A DNA stretch of 64,000 bases, taken from Deferribacterales bacterium (lineage in GTDB: Bacteria > Chrysiogenota > Deferribacteres > Deferribacterales > Geovibrionaceae). The stretch lies in the NCBI GenBank assembly GCA_050251945.1, contig JBFWLW010000001.1:192001-256000 (forward strand), in the 5' to 3' direction. Shown here in pieces: positions 48,584 through 58,472 of this stretch. Within the stretch, counting starts at the first letter, position 1; each line of letters starts with the position of its first letter. Both the position numbers and the translations under genes were made by a program. The notes beneath the pieces were generated by a model, which ran no database searches, had not been told where the DNA came from, and worked only from the letters and a program-made list of their open reading frames with translations.

Positions 48584-49054
48584 ATGATGGAAGTTAAAAC
48601 AGTACAGGGGATATACAGCGGCAAAGGAATGAAATTTGCCATAGTCGGCGGCAGATTCAACGACTTTATATCTAAAAGCCTCATAGGGGGCGCTGTAGAC
48701 GCACTGGTTCGTCACGAGGCTGCTGAAGAGGACGTTGTAGTTTATAAAGTTCCCGGTGCTTTCGAGATTCCGCTTATGGCGAAAAAACTTGCGATGACAG
48801 GAAAATATGACGCAATTATCACTCTCGGCGCAGTTATCAGAGGCTCAACCCCCCACTTTGACTTCGTTTCATCAGAAGTTTCAAAAGGTGTTGCTAAAGT
48901 ATCTCTGGATACAGGCGTTCCTGTTATCTTCGGTGTTCTGACAACAGACACTATAGAGCAGGCTGTTGAAAGAGCGGGAACAAAACACGGCAATAAAGGT
49001 GCAGAGGCAGCAATGTCCGCACTCGAAATGGTTAACGTGCTGAAGCTGGTATAA
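48584..49054 (+). CDS. ribH: Lumazine synthase
   Basis: [25 protein letters not shown] and NKG.EAA. Confidence 0.97.
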   Translation: MMEVKTVQGIYSGKGMKFAIVGGRFNDFISKSLIGGAVDALVRHEAAEEDVVVYKVPGAFEIPLMAKKLAMTGKYDAIITLGAVIRGSTPHFDFVSSEVSKGVAKVSLDTGVPVIFGVLTTDTIEQAVERAGTKHGNKGAEAAMSALEMVNVLKLV

Positions 49055-49500
49055 TGAAGAAACAATACAAAGAACGCACAAAAGGAAGAAGATACGCTTT
49101 TGAGATGATGTACAGATTTTCTGTCAATGCAAACGAAAATCCAAAGGACATCTCCGATTCATACTGGAAATCTGTCGAGGAAGAGAGTGAGGATACGAAG
49201 GAATTCGCCTGTTCTCTTTTTCTTGGTGCGTCTGCGGATGTGGATACCAACGATGATATAATCAAATCTTTCATCCGGGAAGACTGGAATTACGACCGTA
49301 TGGGCGAAGTGGACAGAAGCATCCTGCGTGTTGCCGTTCATGAGCTTTTCGGCGGCAACGCTCCTTTCTATGCAATTGTGAATGATTTCGTTACACTTGC
49401 AAGAAAATATTCCGATGAAAAATCGGCATCTCTTGTTAACGGTATTCTGGAAAATATCAGAAAGAAATATAATCTCGCGGAGGACAAGGTTGAGTCCTGA
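49054..49500 (+). CDS. nusB: Transcription antitermination factor NusB
   Basis: R..GR.YA, W...R...VDRSILR and LA..Y....VNGIL. Follows ribH. Confidence 0.92.
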   Translation: MKKQYKERTKGRRYAFEMMYRFSVNANENPKDISDSYWKSVEEESEDTKEFACSLFLGASADVDTNDDIIKSFIREDWNYDRMGEVDRSILRVAVHELFGGNAPFYAIVNDFVTLARKYSDEKSASLVNGILENIRKKYNLAEDKVES

Positions 49501-49891
49501 TTTCCCCGCAACAAAGATAACTTACAGAGACCTTGATATCTTTCCCGTATTTGTGGATTACGATATGCAATCGGGTAAATGCAGAGGCATGAGCGCCCGC
49601 ATCGACCTTTTCAGCTATGGCGCTCTGACCGCAGAGATTGATAAACTGAAAGGCGAAGGTCTCAGATTTGCTGTGGAAGAAGGAATAATGATCCGTAAAA
49701 AAGGATTGATATTCAATAACGGATTCTTCTTGTTTGACTTCAACTATTTCATGCAACATATTGAAAAATTTGCAGAAAAAATAAATAGCCTTAATGTGCC
49801 TCTGGTATACGTTGAAAACTCGGACAGGTTCGACCTTACGCCGCTTCTCGGCGCCGGTGTGAATTGCCGTGTTGAACTTCTGGAGTTTTAA
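49490..49891 (+). CDS. Hypothetical protein
   Basis: Fills the gap between nusB and the next gene. GGAGG lies upstream of TTG 49490. Confidence 0.6.
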   Translation: MSPDFPATKITYRDLDIFPVFVDYDMQSGKCRGMSARIDLFSYGALTAEIDKLKGEGLRFAVEEGIMIRKKGLIFNNGFFLFDFNYFMQHIEKFAEKINSLNVPLVYVENSDRFDLTPLLGAGVNCRVELLEF

Positions 49892-50140
49892 ATGCCGCAT
49901 ACTGTCAGAGTTAAATTCAACATTAATAAGCAGGATGTGCTTATCGTCAACAGCATAGTGGATTCCCATGAGGGAATCGGGCTGGTGCGCACAGTGGATG
50001 CAAAAAAAGGCGCTATGGTAATATATTCCACCGACGACCAATATGAAAAAGTCCTTCTGGTTCTCCAAGACCTGAAAAAATACGGAATGACCATTGAAAA
50101 TATTCATACCGAAGTGAGCGAAAAAATTGATGAATGGTAA
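49892..50140 (+). CDS. Small DUF4911-like protein
   Basis: I...D....N.I.DSHEG.G.VRT.D...G pattern, tightly coupled to its neighbours. Confidence 0.65.
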   Translation: MPHTVRVKFNINKQDVLIVNSIVDSHEGIGLVRTVDAKKGAMVIYSTDDQYEKVLLVLQDLKKYGMTIENIHTEVSEKIDEW

Positions 50141-51497
50141 TTTTTCGGAAGCTGTCATTCACAGGATATTGAAAAAACTTTCAGCTCATGGGGTTTACGC
50201 GGAAATATTTGCAGAGGAAACCGAAAGGCTGGCAGCAGTTTTTGAGAACGGCAAGCCTGACAGACTGGAAAATACGATTGAGCAGGGAGTTGCTTTCAGG
50301 CTCATAGACGGCGGAAAAACCTTTTTCGGCTATACCACGGATACCGATGAGATGTCTCTGTGGGACACTGCGGAAGCGCTTTTATATTCAGTCAGGAACG
50401 GCGCGCGGGATATCTCTTTTGGGAATCCTGTTTCCGTTAAAAATTATAAGACGCTGAGCAGACTGCCCATTGAAAAGAAAATAGCAATCATTTCCGAAAT
50501 GGACAGGGCTGCGTCTGTTGACGCCTGTATAATACAGAAAACAAGCATGTATTCCGAGGTTGTGCGCAATACGCGCGTAATAAACAGCCTTGGTGACGAC
50601 ATATCCCAGGGTCTTAATTACGTTACCGCGTATACCGTGGCAACGGCATCCGACGGCAAAACCATGCAGACCGCGTATATTCCCGAAGGCGGAGCTTTCG
50701 GTGCGGAAGAGGCTGGAAATATAGATTTTGCTTCCATCGGTGAGCGTGCGGGAAAACTTGCCATGCAGAACCTTAGGGCAAAAAATGCACCCGCAGGGAT
50801 GATGCCTGTTGTTTTAGGCTCTAAAGCTGGCGGTACGATGGTGCATGAAGCTGTCGGACACGGACTTGAGGCTGACCTTGCATGTAACGGCATGAGCGTT
50901 TTTGCCGGAAGACTTGGCGAAAAGGTTGCTTCAGAGCTTATCAGCGTCGTCGACAACGGCACACTGACCGACAGACGCGGCAGTTATTTATATGACGATG
51001 AGGGAACTTCTTCATCGGAAAATGTTCTTATAGAGAACGGGATACTGAAAAGCTATATGTATGACAGACTGTATGCAATGAAAGAGGGTAAAAAGCCCAC
51101 AGGCAACGGACGCCGGCAGGGTTTTCGTTACAAACCTATCGTACGCATGACGAACACATACATAAAACCGGGCGCATCAAAGCCCGAAGATATAATAGCT
51201 TCCGTCCGGAAAGGTCTTTATGTTGCCGGAATGGGCGGAGGACAGGTCAATACCGTCACAGGCGATTTTGTTTTTGAAGTGACGGAAGGTTATCTGATAG
51301 AGAACGGCAGGATGGGTGAACCTGTGCGAAACGCCACACTTACGGGCAACGGACCGGAGGTAATGGCAAAAATAGATATGGTCGGCTCTGACCTCGGTTT
51401 TGGCATGGGAACATGCGGAAAAGAGGGGCAGGGCGTACCCGTTACTGATGCACAGCCTACGCTGCGCATACCTGAAATAACAGTCGGAGGGCGTTAA
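50127..51497 (+). CDS. tldD: TldD-family metalloprotease
   Basis: HEAVGHGLEAD, DDEG, TGNGRR, RMTNT, GGQV and CGK.GQ. Confidence 0.92.
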   Translation: MMNGNFSEAVIHRILKKLSAHGVYAEIFAEETERLAAVFENGKPDRLENTIEQGVAFRLIDGGKTFFGYTTDTDEMSLWDTAEALLYSVRNGARDISFGNPVSVKNYKTLSRLPIEKKIAIISEMDRAASVDACIIQKTSMYSEVVRNTRVINSLGDDISQGLNYVTAYTVATASDGKTMQTAYIPEGGAFGAEEAGNIDFASIGERAGKLAMQNLRAKNAPAGMMPVVLGSKAGGTMVHEAVGHGLEADLACNGMSVFAGRLGEKVASELISVVDNGTLTDRRGSYLYDDEGTSSSENVLIENGILKSYMYDRLYAMKEGKKPTGNGRRQGFRYKPIVRMTNTYIKPGASKPEDIIASVRKGLYVAGMGGGQVNTVTGDFVFEVTEGYLIENGRMGEPVRNATLTGNGPEVMAKIDMVGSDLGFGMGTCGKEGQGVPVTDAQPTLRIPEITVGGR

Positions 51498-52405
51498 TGG
51501 AAATACCCGGCAGATACATGCTTACAGACATCATAAAAAGCAAGACAAAGGACGGCAAACCTTATCTTCGCGCCATAATGTGCGACAAAGAGGGCAGCCG
51601 GCGCAACGGTATCATGTTCGAGAGCAACAAACTGGAATTTGACCCGCAGAACGGTGATATCGTCGATGCGGTGGGCATGATACAGCAGTTCGGCGGACAG
51701 GATCAGCTTAAGATATCCACCATGACCGTTGTTAAAGATGCCGATCCGTCTGATTTCCTGCCGAAAAGGGGTATAGACTCCGAAGAGCTTATTCAGGAGC
51801 TTGAACTTCTCCTTCTGGAAAAGATAACAGACCCGCACCTCGCCGGACTTGTTGACAGATTTTTTAAAGACACGGAAACCCTTGAAAGCTTCAAAAAGAT
51901 GCCAGCGGCAAAATCCGTACATCATGCGTACGTCGGCGGGCTTTTGGAACATACTCTGAGCATTGTTCGACTTTCGGTTCTGGTGGGCGATTACTATAAA
52001 GACCTTGTAAACACACAGCATCTTATCATGGGCGCACTGTTCCACGATCTTGGCAAAGTGAAGGAGATGCAGGCGGGAACCGGACTTGAATATACCGACA
52101 GCGGTAAACTGCTGGGACATCTTCTGCTTGGCGTTGAGATGCTGAATAAATACATTTCAGAGATAGAAGACTTTCCGGAAGATCTGAAATATCTTATATC
52201 CCATCTTATTGTGAGCCACCACGGACTTCTTGAATACGGCTCACCTAAAAAACCGAAAACCCCCGAAGCGTTCATTCTTCATCATCTGGACGACATGGAT
52301 GCAAAACTGAACACCTTTTTCTCCATTTTTGAAAGGGACGGGGTGGAAAAAGGATGGAGCGGTTACGACAGGCTGCTTGAAAGGCAGCTTTTTAAACATA
52401 GCTGA
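51497..52405 (+). CDS. 3'-5' exoribonuclease YhaM family (OB + HD)
   Basis: N-terminal OB fold, PAAKSVHHAY.GGL.EH, HDLGK and SHHG..EYGSP. Confidence 0.92.
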   Translation: MEIPGRYMLTDIIKSKTKDGKPYLRAIMCDKEGSRRNGIMFESNKLEFDPQNGDIVDAVGMIQQFGGQDQLKISTMTVVKDADPSDFLPKRGIDSEELIQELELLLLEKITDPHLAGLVDRFFKDTETLESFKKMPAAKSVHHAYVGGLLEHTLSIVRLSVLVGDYYKDLVNTQHLIMGALFHDLGKVKEMQAGTGLEYTDSGKLLGHLLLGVEMLNKYISEIEDFPEDLKYLISHLIVSHHGLLEYGSPKKPKTPEAFILHHLDDMDAKLNTFFSIFERDGVEKGWSGYDRLLERQLFKHS

Positions 52406-52425
52406 TTATTTTTGGGAGGCATTAA

Positions 52426-53079
52426 ATGCTTGGCAAGTTCAGGGTGTTCGTTCAGCGTTCGCTGATAACAGGTATTCTGGCTACGCTTCCTCTTATTGTG
52501 ACCTTCTGGGTCATTAAGTTCCTTTTTGAAAAGTTTTCCAGCTTCTTCCTGCCGTATCTGGGCATGATAACCAGACATATGGAAGTTGAGATACACATTT
52601 ACATACAAAAAGTTATCTCATTTTTTATCATTCTTATCATTCTAGTGCTGATAGGGGTTGCTGCGAAACACTACATCGGCAAGGTCACACTGAACTTTGT
52701 AGAGCGCATTGCAGACAAGATACCAGTTGTGCGCAGTATCTATTCATCCATCAGGCAGGTCGTTCAAGCTGTTCAGACGGCCGGCGGCGGAAGCTTTCAA
52801 AAAGTCGTGCTGGTGGAATATCCCAGAAAAGGGATGTATAGCCTTGGATTTCTGAGCAGAGAATCCTGTGAATTTTTCAATAAGGCGACAGGAGAGGTCT
52901 GCATCAACGTATTTATCCCCACAACTCCCAACCCCACGTCGGGATTTGTGCTCATCATACCGAAGAAAGAGATAGTTGATGCCGAAATATCAGTGGATGA
53001 CGGCATTAAGTTTATCATTTCCGCCGGACTTGTTGAACCTGATGACAGCAAGAATATTGAGGAAAAAAATGTTTCTTAA
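52426..53079 (+). CDS. DUF502-family membrane protein
   Basis: IP.VRSIY, VLVEYPRKG, VFIPTTPNPTSG and IIS.G. Confidence 0.9.
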   Translation: MLGKFRVFVQRSLITGILATLPLIVTFWVIKFLFEKFSSFFLPYLGMITRHMEVEIHIYIQKVISFFIILIILVLIGVAAKHYIGKVTLNFVERIADKIPVVRSIYSSIRQVVQAVQTAGGGSFQKVVLVEYPRKGMYSLGFLSRESCEFFNKATGEVCINVFIPTTPNPTSGFVLIIPKKEIVDAEISVDDGIKFIISAGLVEPDDSKNIEEKNVS

Positions 53080-53875
53080 TCTGGCGCTCATCGGCAATCC
53101 TTTAAGCCATACCTTTTCCCCTTTTATCCAGACCCGTTTTCTTAAAAGCTCATCTCTTAACGGCGGGTTCTGCTGTTTTGAAACAGACGGCGGTCAGGCA
53201 CTTGCCGAAACCATTGACATTCTTCAAAGATTCTCATTCAGAGGCTTTAACGTCACTGTTCCGCACAAGGAAGAGATAAGACAATATCTTATATCGGAAG
53301 ACGAAGTCGCTTCCGGCGTGGGCGCAGTTAATACGGTTCTTAATGAGAACGGTCTTAAAGGATTCAACACGGATGTTTACGGCTTTGAAGGGATGCTGGA
53401 AGACGGCGGGTGCGACATGAACGGCGCGGAAGTTCTTCTTCTGGGCTGTGGAGGGGCATCAAAAGCTGTGCTTTATTCGCTGAAAAAGAGCGATGTGAAG
53501 CTTACCGTGGTCAACCGCGACACTGATAAAGCTAAAAGAATTTTAAAAGCAATGAACTTTGACAGAGCATCTGTTCAGGATTATAATTTTATTAAAGCTG
53601 ACAGAAATTTTGACTATGTGATAAACGGCACCAGCATGGGACTTAAAGACGGTGTTTTCGCAGATATGTCACGCGTGGGCTGTTCTGTGGCTGCTGTCGA
53701 TCTGCAATACAAGAAGGGGCTGACGCCGTTTCTTATGCAGATGTCCGGCTGCGGGTGTAAACTTCTGGACGGGTTCCCGATGCTGGTCTATCAGGCGGCA
53801 AAAGCCTTTGAAATATGGACGGGGATACACCCCGCATTCAGTGTTGAGGAGATTGCCGGAGAGCTTGGTCTTTAG
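53069..53875 (+). CDS. aroE: Shikimate dehydrogenase
   Basis: G.P..H..SP, NVTVPHK, GAVNT, NTD..G, LG.GGA and ML.YQA. Confidence 0.93.
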   Translation: MFLNLALIGNPLSHTFSPFIQTRFLKSSSLNGGFCCFETDGGQALAETIDILQRFSFRGFNVTVPHKEEIRQYLISEDEVASGVGAVNTVLNENGLKGFNTDVYGFEGMLEDGGCDMNGAEVLLLGCGGASKAVLYSLKKSDVKLTVVNRDTDKAKRILKAMNFDRASVQDYNFIKADRNFDYVINGTSMGLKDGVFADMSRVGCSVAAVDLQYKKGLTPFLMQMSGCGCKLLDGFPMLVYQAAKAFEIWTGIHPAFSVEEIAGELGL

Positions 53876-53884
53876 GAGGCGGAT

Positions 53885-54961
53885 ATGTCTTATAACCTGC
53901 AGGAACTGCTTACCAAAATGGTTGATATGGATGCAAGCGACCTTCATATCACAGCCGGTTCACCGCCTGCATTCCGCATAAGCGGCGATCTCATTAAAAT
54001 GGATGACGAACCTCTTTCGCCTGCAGATACTAAGGCTATGTGCTACAGTATTCTGAACGAATCCCAGAAAAAACGTTTTGAAGAAGAGTGGGAACTTGAC
54101 CTTTCATTCGGAATAAAAAACGTAAGCCGTTACAGGGCAAATTTCTTTATGCAGAGGGGTGCCGTTGCTGCCGCTTTTCGTATAATTCCATATAAAATAA
54201 GAACTTTTGAACAGCTTAACCTTCCGCCTGTAGTGGCGGGTCTCTGCGATAAACCCAGAGGGCTTGTGCTTGTCACGGGTCCCACCGGAAGCGGTAAATC
54301 CAGCACTCTTGCGGCAATGATAGACAAAATAAATTCCGAGCAGCCTGTTCACATTGTCACCATAGAGGATCCTATTGAGTTTGTGCATCCGCACAAGATG
54401 GCTACTGTGAACCAGAGAGAGCTGAATGCAGATACGAAATCGTTTGCGAATGCACTTAAATATCTTTTAAGACAGGATCCCGACGTATGTCTTATAGGCG
54501 AAATGCGCGATACGGAGACCATTGAAGCGGCGCTTACAATAGCGGAAACCGGACACCTTACCATGGGAACCCTGCATACCAACAGTGCAGTGCAGACCAT
54601 AAACAGAATAATAGACGTGTTCCCTTCCAATGCGCAGTCTCAGGTGCGGGCGCAGCTGTCTTTCGTTCTGGAGGGTATCATCTCCCAGCAGCTTGTTCAG
54701 AAGGCTGACGGAAAGGGCAGGGTCATGGTGTGCGAAGTGCTTATTCCTACTTCCGCCATACGCAACCTGATACGCGAGGACAAGCTTCATCAGGTCTATT
54801 CGTCCATGCAGGCAGGTCAGGGTGAACACGGGATGCAGACCATGAGCCAGTCGCTTATGGACAACTTCCGCAAGGGGCTTATAACTAAAGAAGAGGCAAT
54901 AAACAGAGCTATTTACCCCGAAGAGGTAAAGCAGTTGATGAAGCGCGAAGGCTTTATGTAA
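53885..54961 (+). CDS. pilT: Type IV pilus retraction ATPase PilT
   Basis: ASDLH, GPTGSGKS, TIEDPIE, LRQDPD..GEMRD, His box and AIRNLIRE. Confidence 0.96.
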   Translation: MSYNLQELLTKMVDMDASDLHITAGSPPAFRISGDLIKMDDEPLSPADTKAMCYSILNESQKKRFEEEWELDLSFGIKNVSRYRANFFMQRGAVAAAFRIIPYKIRTFEQLNLPPVVAGLCDKPRGLVLVTGPTGSGKSSTLAAMIDKINSEQPVHIVTIEDPIEFVHPHKMATVNQRELNADTKSFANALKYLLRQDPDVCLIGEMRDTETIEAALTIAETGHLTMGTLHTNSAVQTINRIIDVFPSNAQSQVRAQLSFVLEGIISQQLVQKADGKGRVMVCEVLIPTSAIRNLIREDKLHQVYSSMQAGQGEHGMQTMSQSLMDNFRKGLITKEEAINRAIYPEEVKQLMKREGFM

Positions 54962-54989
54962 AATATTAAATGACTGTTTTTACAGCCTT

Positions 54990-55130
54990 CAGGTTGTTGA
55001 CAAACTAAATTTACACAGACTCACATTAGACTGCTTCGGGTTAAAACCCTCGCAGAGACGGTTTTTTGTCTTCGCGAGGAATGCATGCGACGACGCGATC
55101 TAGCATTTTACTGACTTTGCCATCAGTCTG
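54990..55130 (-). mobile_element. MITE-like non-autonomous element, copy 2 (141 bp)
   Basis: Reverse complement matches 10214-10445 (46/46 at one end, 38/43 at the other). CAG...CTG termini. Degenerate 20-bp flanking repeat (15/20) at 54970-54989 and 55131-55150. Confidence 0.8.
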
Positions 55131-55140
55131 AGGTCTGTTT

Positions 55141-56397
55141 TCACAACCCTTGTTTTTCTGTTATTCTTTCAATTTCCGCAATTGCTTCATAGATGTTGTA
55201 ACGCGCAGTGTTCTGGTTGCTCTCCGCGCGGGTAAGCATTACTCTGGCATCCAGCAGATCGGTGTTGGTTGCCACCTTCTGTCTGAATCTGTTCTGCGTT
55301 ATGCGGTAGTTCTCTGTCGCTGAATCCGCTTCGCTGTTTGCCGTTTCAAGGCTTGCTTTCGCCAGTGCCAGATTTTCCAGAGCAGTCTTAAGCTGTAGTT
55401 CCATTTGTGATTTGAGGTCGTTCAGTTTGTAAACAAGCGCGTTCTTTGCCGATTCCTGCGCCATGATATTGTTCTTTTTTGTAAAACCGTCGAAAAGATT
55501 CATGTTGACCGATGCGGAAAGCAGCGTTTCCGAATCGTATGTATAATCCCTGTCCGCAGGAGAAACGTCCTGTCCGTATGAATAGAACCCTGCGCCTACG
55601 TCAACTCGCGGCATATATCCTGCTTTGACAGCCTTTTTGGAATACTCTGCCGACTCGATAAGACTGCGGGTATATTTTATCTCACTCCGGTTTTCAAACA
55701 TCTCTTTTTTCAGTTCGTCGTAAGGCGGGGTGTTACCGGAAAGCTGAAACGGCTCAAACACTTCATTTCTGGGGTAGTCGATTCCGGTGAGCTGTTCCAG
55801 AGAGAACACCGCAGTCCTGTAACCGCTGACAGCGGAAAGATTTGTCTGTTTTGCGGATGCCAGTTCCGCTTCGACCTTCAGCACCTCATTTTTTGCGACG
55901 TATCCGACGGAATAGGCAAGGTTTATATCTTTAAGCTGATTTTCAAGCAGAGCAACGGCACGTTCCGCCACTGTTATGTTTTCTTTTGCCTTGAGTATTT
56001 GAATGTAGGCTTTTTTTACGGACAGTTCCATATCCTGTTTCATAGCTGTTTCAGTAAACCTCTCTGCTTCATATTGTTTTTCGGCGGAAAGATAACCGTA
56101 TTTGTCAGCACCGCCGCTGAAAAGGTTATAGGATATTTCAAGTCCGACCTGAGAGAACTGTTCCTCGACGTAATTGAAGGCTTTCTCGGAGCTGTGCTTA
56201 TATGCGTATCCCGCATCCGCTTTCGGAAAATAGCCGCTCTTTTGCGCCTGTGCCTGATATTGTGATGATTTAACTGTGTATCTTTGTGATTCAAGCGAGC
56301 TGTTGTTTTTGAGAGCCGAATCAATTGCGGCATCCAGCGTCATTGCGGAAGCCGAAACGGCTGAAAGAAGAATCATTCCAAGAATATATTTGTTCAT
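55141..56397 (-). CDS. TolC-family outer-membrane efflux protein
   Basis: Signal peptide, MTLDAAI..AL.NN, two OEP repeats (YNLFSGG / NLFDGF), A.ENY and DLLDAR. Confidence 0.9.
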   Translation of the reverse strand: MNKYILGMILLSAVSASAMTLDAAIDSALKNNSSLESQRYTVKSSQYQAQAQKSGYFPKADAGYAYKHSSEKAFNYVEEQFSQVGLEISYNLFSGGADKYGYLSAEKQYEAERFTETAMKQDMELSVKKAYIQILKAKENITVAERAVALLENQLKDINLAYSVGYVAKNEVLKVEAELASAKQTNLSAVSGYRTAVFSLEQLTGIDYPRNEVFEPFQLSGNTPPYDELKKEMFENRSEIKYTRSLIESAEYSKKAVKAGYMPRVDVGAGFYSYGQDVSPADRDYTYDSETLLSASVNMNLFDGFTKKNNIMAQESAKNALVYKLNDLKSQMELQLKTALENLALAKASLETANSEADSATENYRITQNRFRQKVATNTDLLDARVMLTRAESNQNTARYNIYEAIAEIERITEKQGL

Positions 56398-56504
56398 ACA
56401 AGCCTCTTATCTTTCGATTATATCAGATACGGACAGTAAACGCAGTGATATTATCAAGGATTAAACGCCTGTTCAACATATTTAAGCCGATTGAAAACCG
56501 GACA

Positions 56505-56942
56505 TTAATAGTTTTCTACAGCTTTGATGTTTCTTATAAATGTTTTGAGCACATTTTTTGCCGTTTCATATTCTTCTCCGGAGATATCTTTCAGGAAGTT
56601 CTCTGAATAAAAGTTTATGATCGGTTCAACGGGAATGAGAGCATCTTTTCCTGCATCCGTGATGAAAACATGCGTAACCCTGCGGTCTTTGCGGTTTTTA
56701 ACCTTTTTTACATATTTTTTCTTCACGAGACGGTTGACAACGCCTGTTGTTGTGGGTTTGTCAAAATAAAGAAGGTGCCCCAGTTCGGTCATATTCAGCC
56801 CGTCCTGCTCGGAAAGGCGAATGAGAACCGCCCACTGTGCCGGAGTGAGGTCAAACTTACGCAGTTTGCCTTCAAACTCTTGTCTGGCAAGTGTTGAAGC
56901 CCTGTTGATCAGAAATGTGAGTGTATCGTCAAGTCCTAACAT
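56505..56942 (-). CDS. MarR-family transcriptional regulator
   Basis: LT..QW.VL, EL.....DK.T.T..V.RL..K and DRR...V.IT..G. Confidence 0.92.
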   Translation of the reverse strand: MLGLDDTLTFLINRASTLARQEFEGKLRKFDLTPAQWAVLIRLSEQDGLNMTELGHLLYFDKPTTTGVVNRLVKKKYVKKVKNRKDRRVTHVFITDAGKDALIPVEPIINFYSENFLKDISGEEYETAKNVLKTFIRNIKAVENY

Positions 56943-57109
56943 AGCGCTAGATTAGAGATGTGTTTGTTTTTTGTCAACATATTAGTTGTGTCAATAAAAT
57001 AAATTTATACTATTTCTTTTACTATTTGCATCGCAAACATTACGGTGCTTTTCAATATTCAATTGAAAACAGAACGTATTTTGTGTATTTTAATTGTTTC
57101 CTGTAATGG

Positions 57110-57802
57110 ATGGTGTTTATGAAAGATTGTAACGATATCGGCGGAATGCAGTATCTGATTGATGATATGAAGGTGGGTGACACCTGGCGTATATTCAAGA
57201 TTCTCGCCGAATTTGTAGAGGGATTTGAAAAGCTTTCCGGAATTGACCCTGCGGTGACGGTTTTCGGTTCCGCAAGGGTGAAAGAGGGCGACGCGAAATA
57301 TGAACTTGCCAGAGAGATAGGCAGGAAGCTTGCCGCGGAAGGGGTCAGCGTTGTTACAGGCGGCGGTCCCGGTGTTATGGAGGCGGCGAACAGAGGCGCT
57401 TTTGAGGCCGGAGGTCAGTCCATCGGACTTAATATAGAACTTCCGTTCGAGCAGAAAATCAATCCTTATGTAAAAAAGTCAGTGACTTTCGACTATTTTT
57501 TTGTAAGAAAGGTAATGCTGGTCAAGTACGCCAATGCGTTTATAATTCTTCCCGGCGGGTTCGGCACGATGGACGAATTTTTTGAGGCGATAACCCTCAT
57601 TCAGACGGGGAAAATAATACCTTTCCCAATGATACTCGTGGGTACGGAATATTGGAGCGGGCTTTTGGACTGGCTGAAAAACTCTATGCTTGAGAACGGC
57701 TTCATCAAAAAGCAGGATCTTCAGTATATCCAGCTTGTCGATACCCCTGATGAGGTCATAACAATAGTAAGACAGTTTCTGGATACAAACAGGACGGTGT
57801 AG
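57110..57802 (+). CDS. LOG-family nucleotide phosphoribohydrolase (TIGR00730-like)
   Basis: VFGSAR, TGGGPGVMEAANRG, YFF.RK and PGGFGTMDE. Start ambiguous (57110/57119/57146). Confidence 0.92.
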   Translation: MVFMKDCNDIGGMQYLIDDMKVGDTWRIFKILAEFVEGFEKLSGIDPAVTVFGSARVKEGDAKYELAREIGRKLAAEGVSVVTGGGPGVMEAANRGAFEAGGQSIGLNIELPFEQKINPYVKKSVTFDYFFVRKVMLVKYANAFIILPGGFGTMDEFFEAITLIQTGKIIPFPMILVGTEYWSGLLDWLKNSMLENGFIKKQDLQYIQLVDTPDEVITIVRQFLDTNRTV

Positions 57803-57803
57803 C

Positions 57804-58472
57804 ATGAAATTATATGACCTGCACACGCACACGACATTCAGCGACGGAGCGCTTATCCCCGCCGAATCGGTACGCAGGGCAAAAACGGACGGCTATGGCG
57901 GCATGGCTATTACAGACCATGCGGACGAGTCCAATTATTTGCTTATATTGGAGAACCAGCTCCGTTTCAAAGAACAGGTGAACGCTAAGAACGATGATTT
58001 CAAGGTCATAATCGGTCTTGAGCTGACCCATGTCAACCCCGACAGGATAGGCGAACTCACGGTTAAGGCGCGCAAAGCGGGCGCAGACATTATTGTGGTA
58101 CACGGCGAGACCATAGTCGAACCCGTGGAAGAGGGTACAAACCTTGCTGCCGTTGAAGCCGGGGTGGATATCCTGGCACATCCGGGGCTTATAACTGAAG
58201 ATGTTATCAGAAAAGGCATCGCTAAAGGCGTTTTTTTCGAGATATCAACCCGCAAAGGACACAGCATCACCAACGGACACGTTGCAAAAACAGTGCTGGA
58301 ACTTGGCGGCGAACTTGTTATAAATAACGATTATCATGCACCCGGCGACAGAGTGAGCTTTGAACAGGCAAAAAGAATCCTTGCAGGAGCAGGGCTCAAC
58401 AATGAACAAATTGAGAAAGTAATTAATAATAATAAAGTTCTTTTTGACAGACTTTACGGAGGAAGAAAGTGA
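57804..58472 (+). CDS. PHP-domain phosphoesterase (histidinol-phosphatase-like family)
   Basis: DLHTHT.FSDG, ITDH, ELTHV, VHGET..EPV, LAHPG and D.H. Confidence 0.85.
   Translation: MKLYDLHTHTTFSDGALIPAESVRRAKTDGYGGMAITDHADESNYLLILENQLRFKEQVNAKNDDFKVIIGLELTHVNPDRIGELTVKARKAGADIIVVHGETIVEPVEEGTNLAAVEAGVDILAHPGLITEDVIRKGIAKGVFFEISTRKGHSITNGHVAKTVLELGGELVINNDYHAPGDRVSFEQAKRILAGAGLNNEQIEKVINNNKVLFDRLYGGRK

Noticed and set aside
46934..48715. 332-aa and 259-aa minus-strand ORFs
   Set aside because: Antisense shadows of ribE/ribBA/ribH.
54997..55025. Promoter supplied by TTGACA in the MITE terminal repeat
   Set aside because: The hexamer points into the element and has no credible -10 at 16-18 bp spacing.
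56943..57109. MarR operator or small RNA in the marR/LOG divergent gap
   Set aside because: Only weak AT-rich partial palindromes (e.g. CAAC-N6-GTTG) are present, too weak to call.
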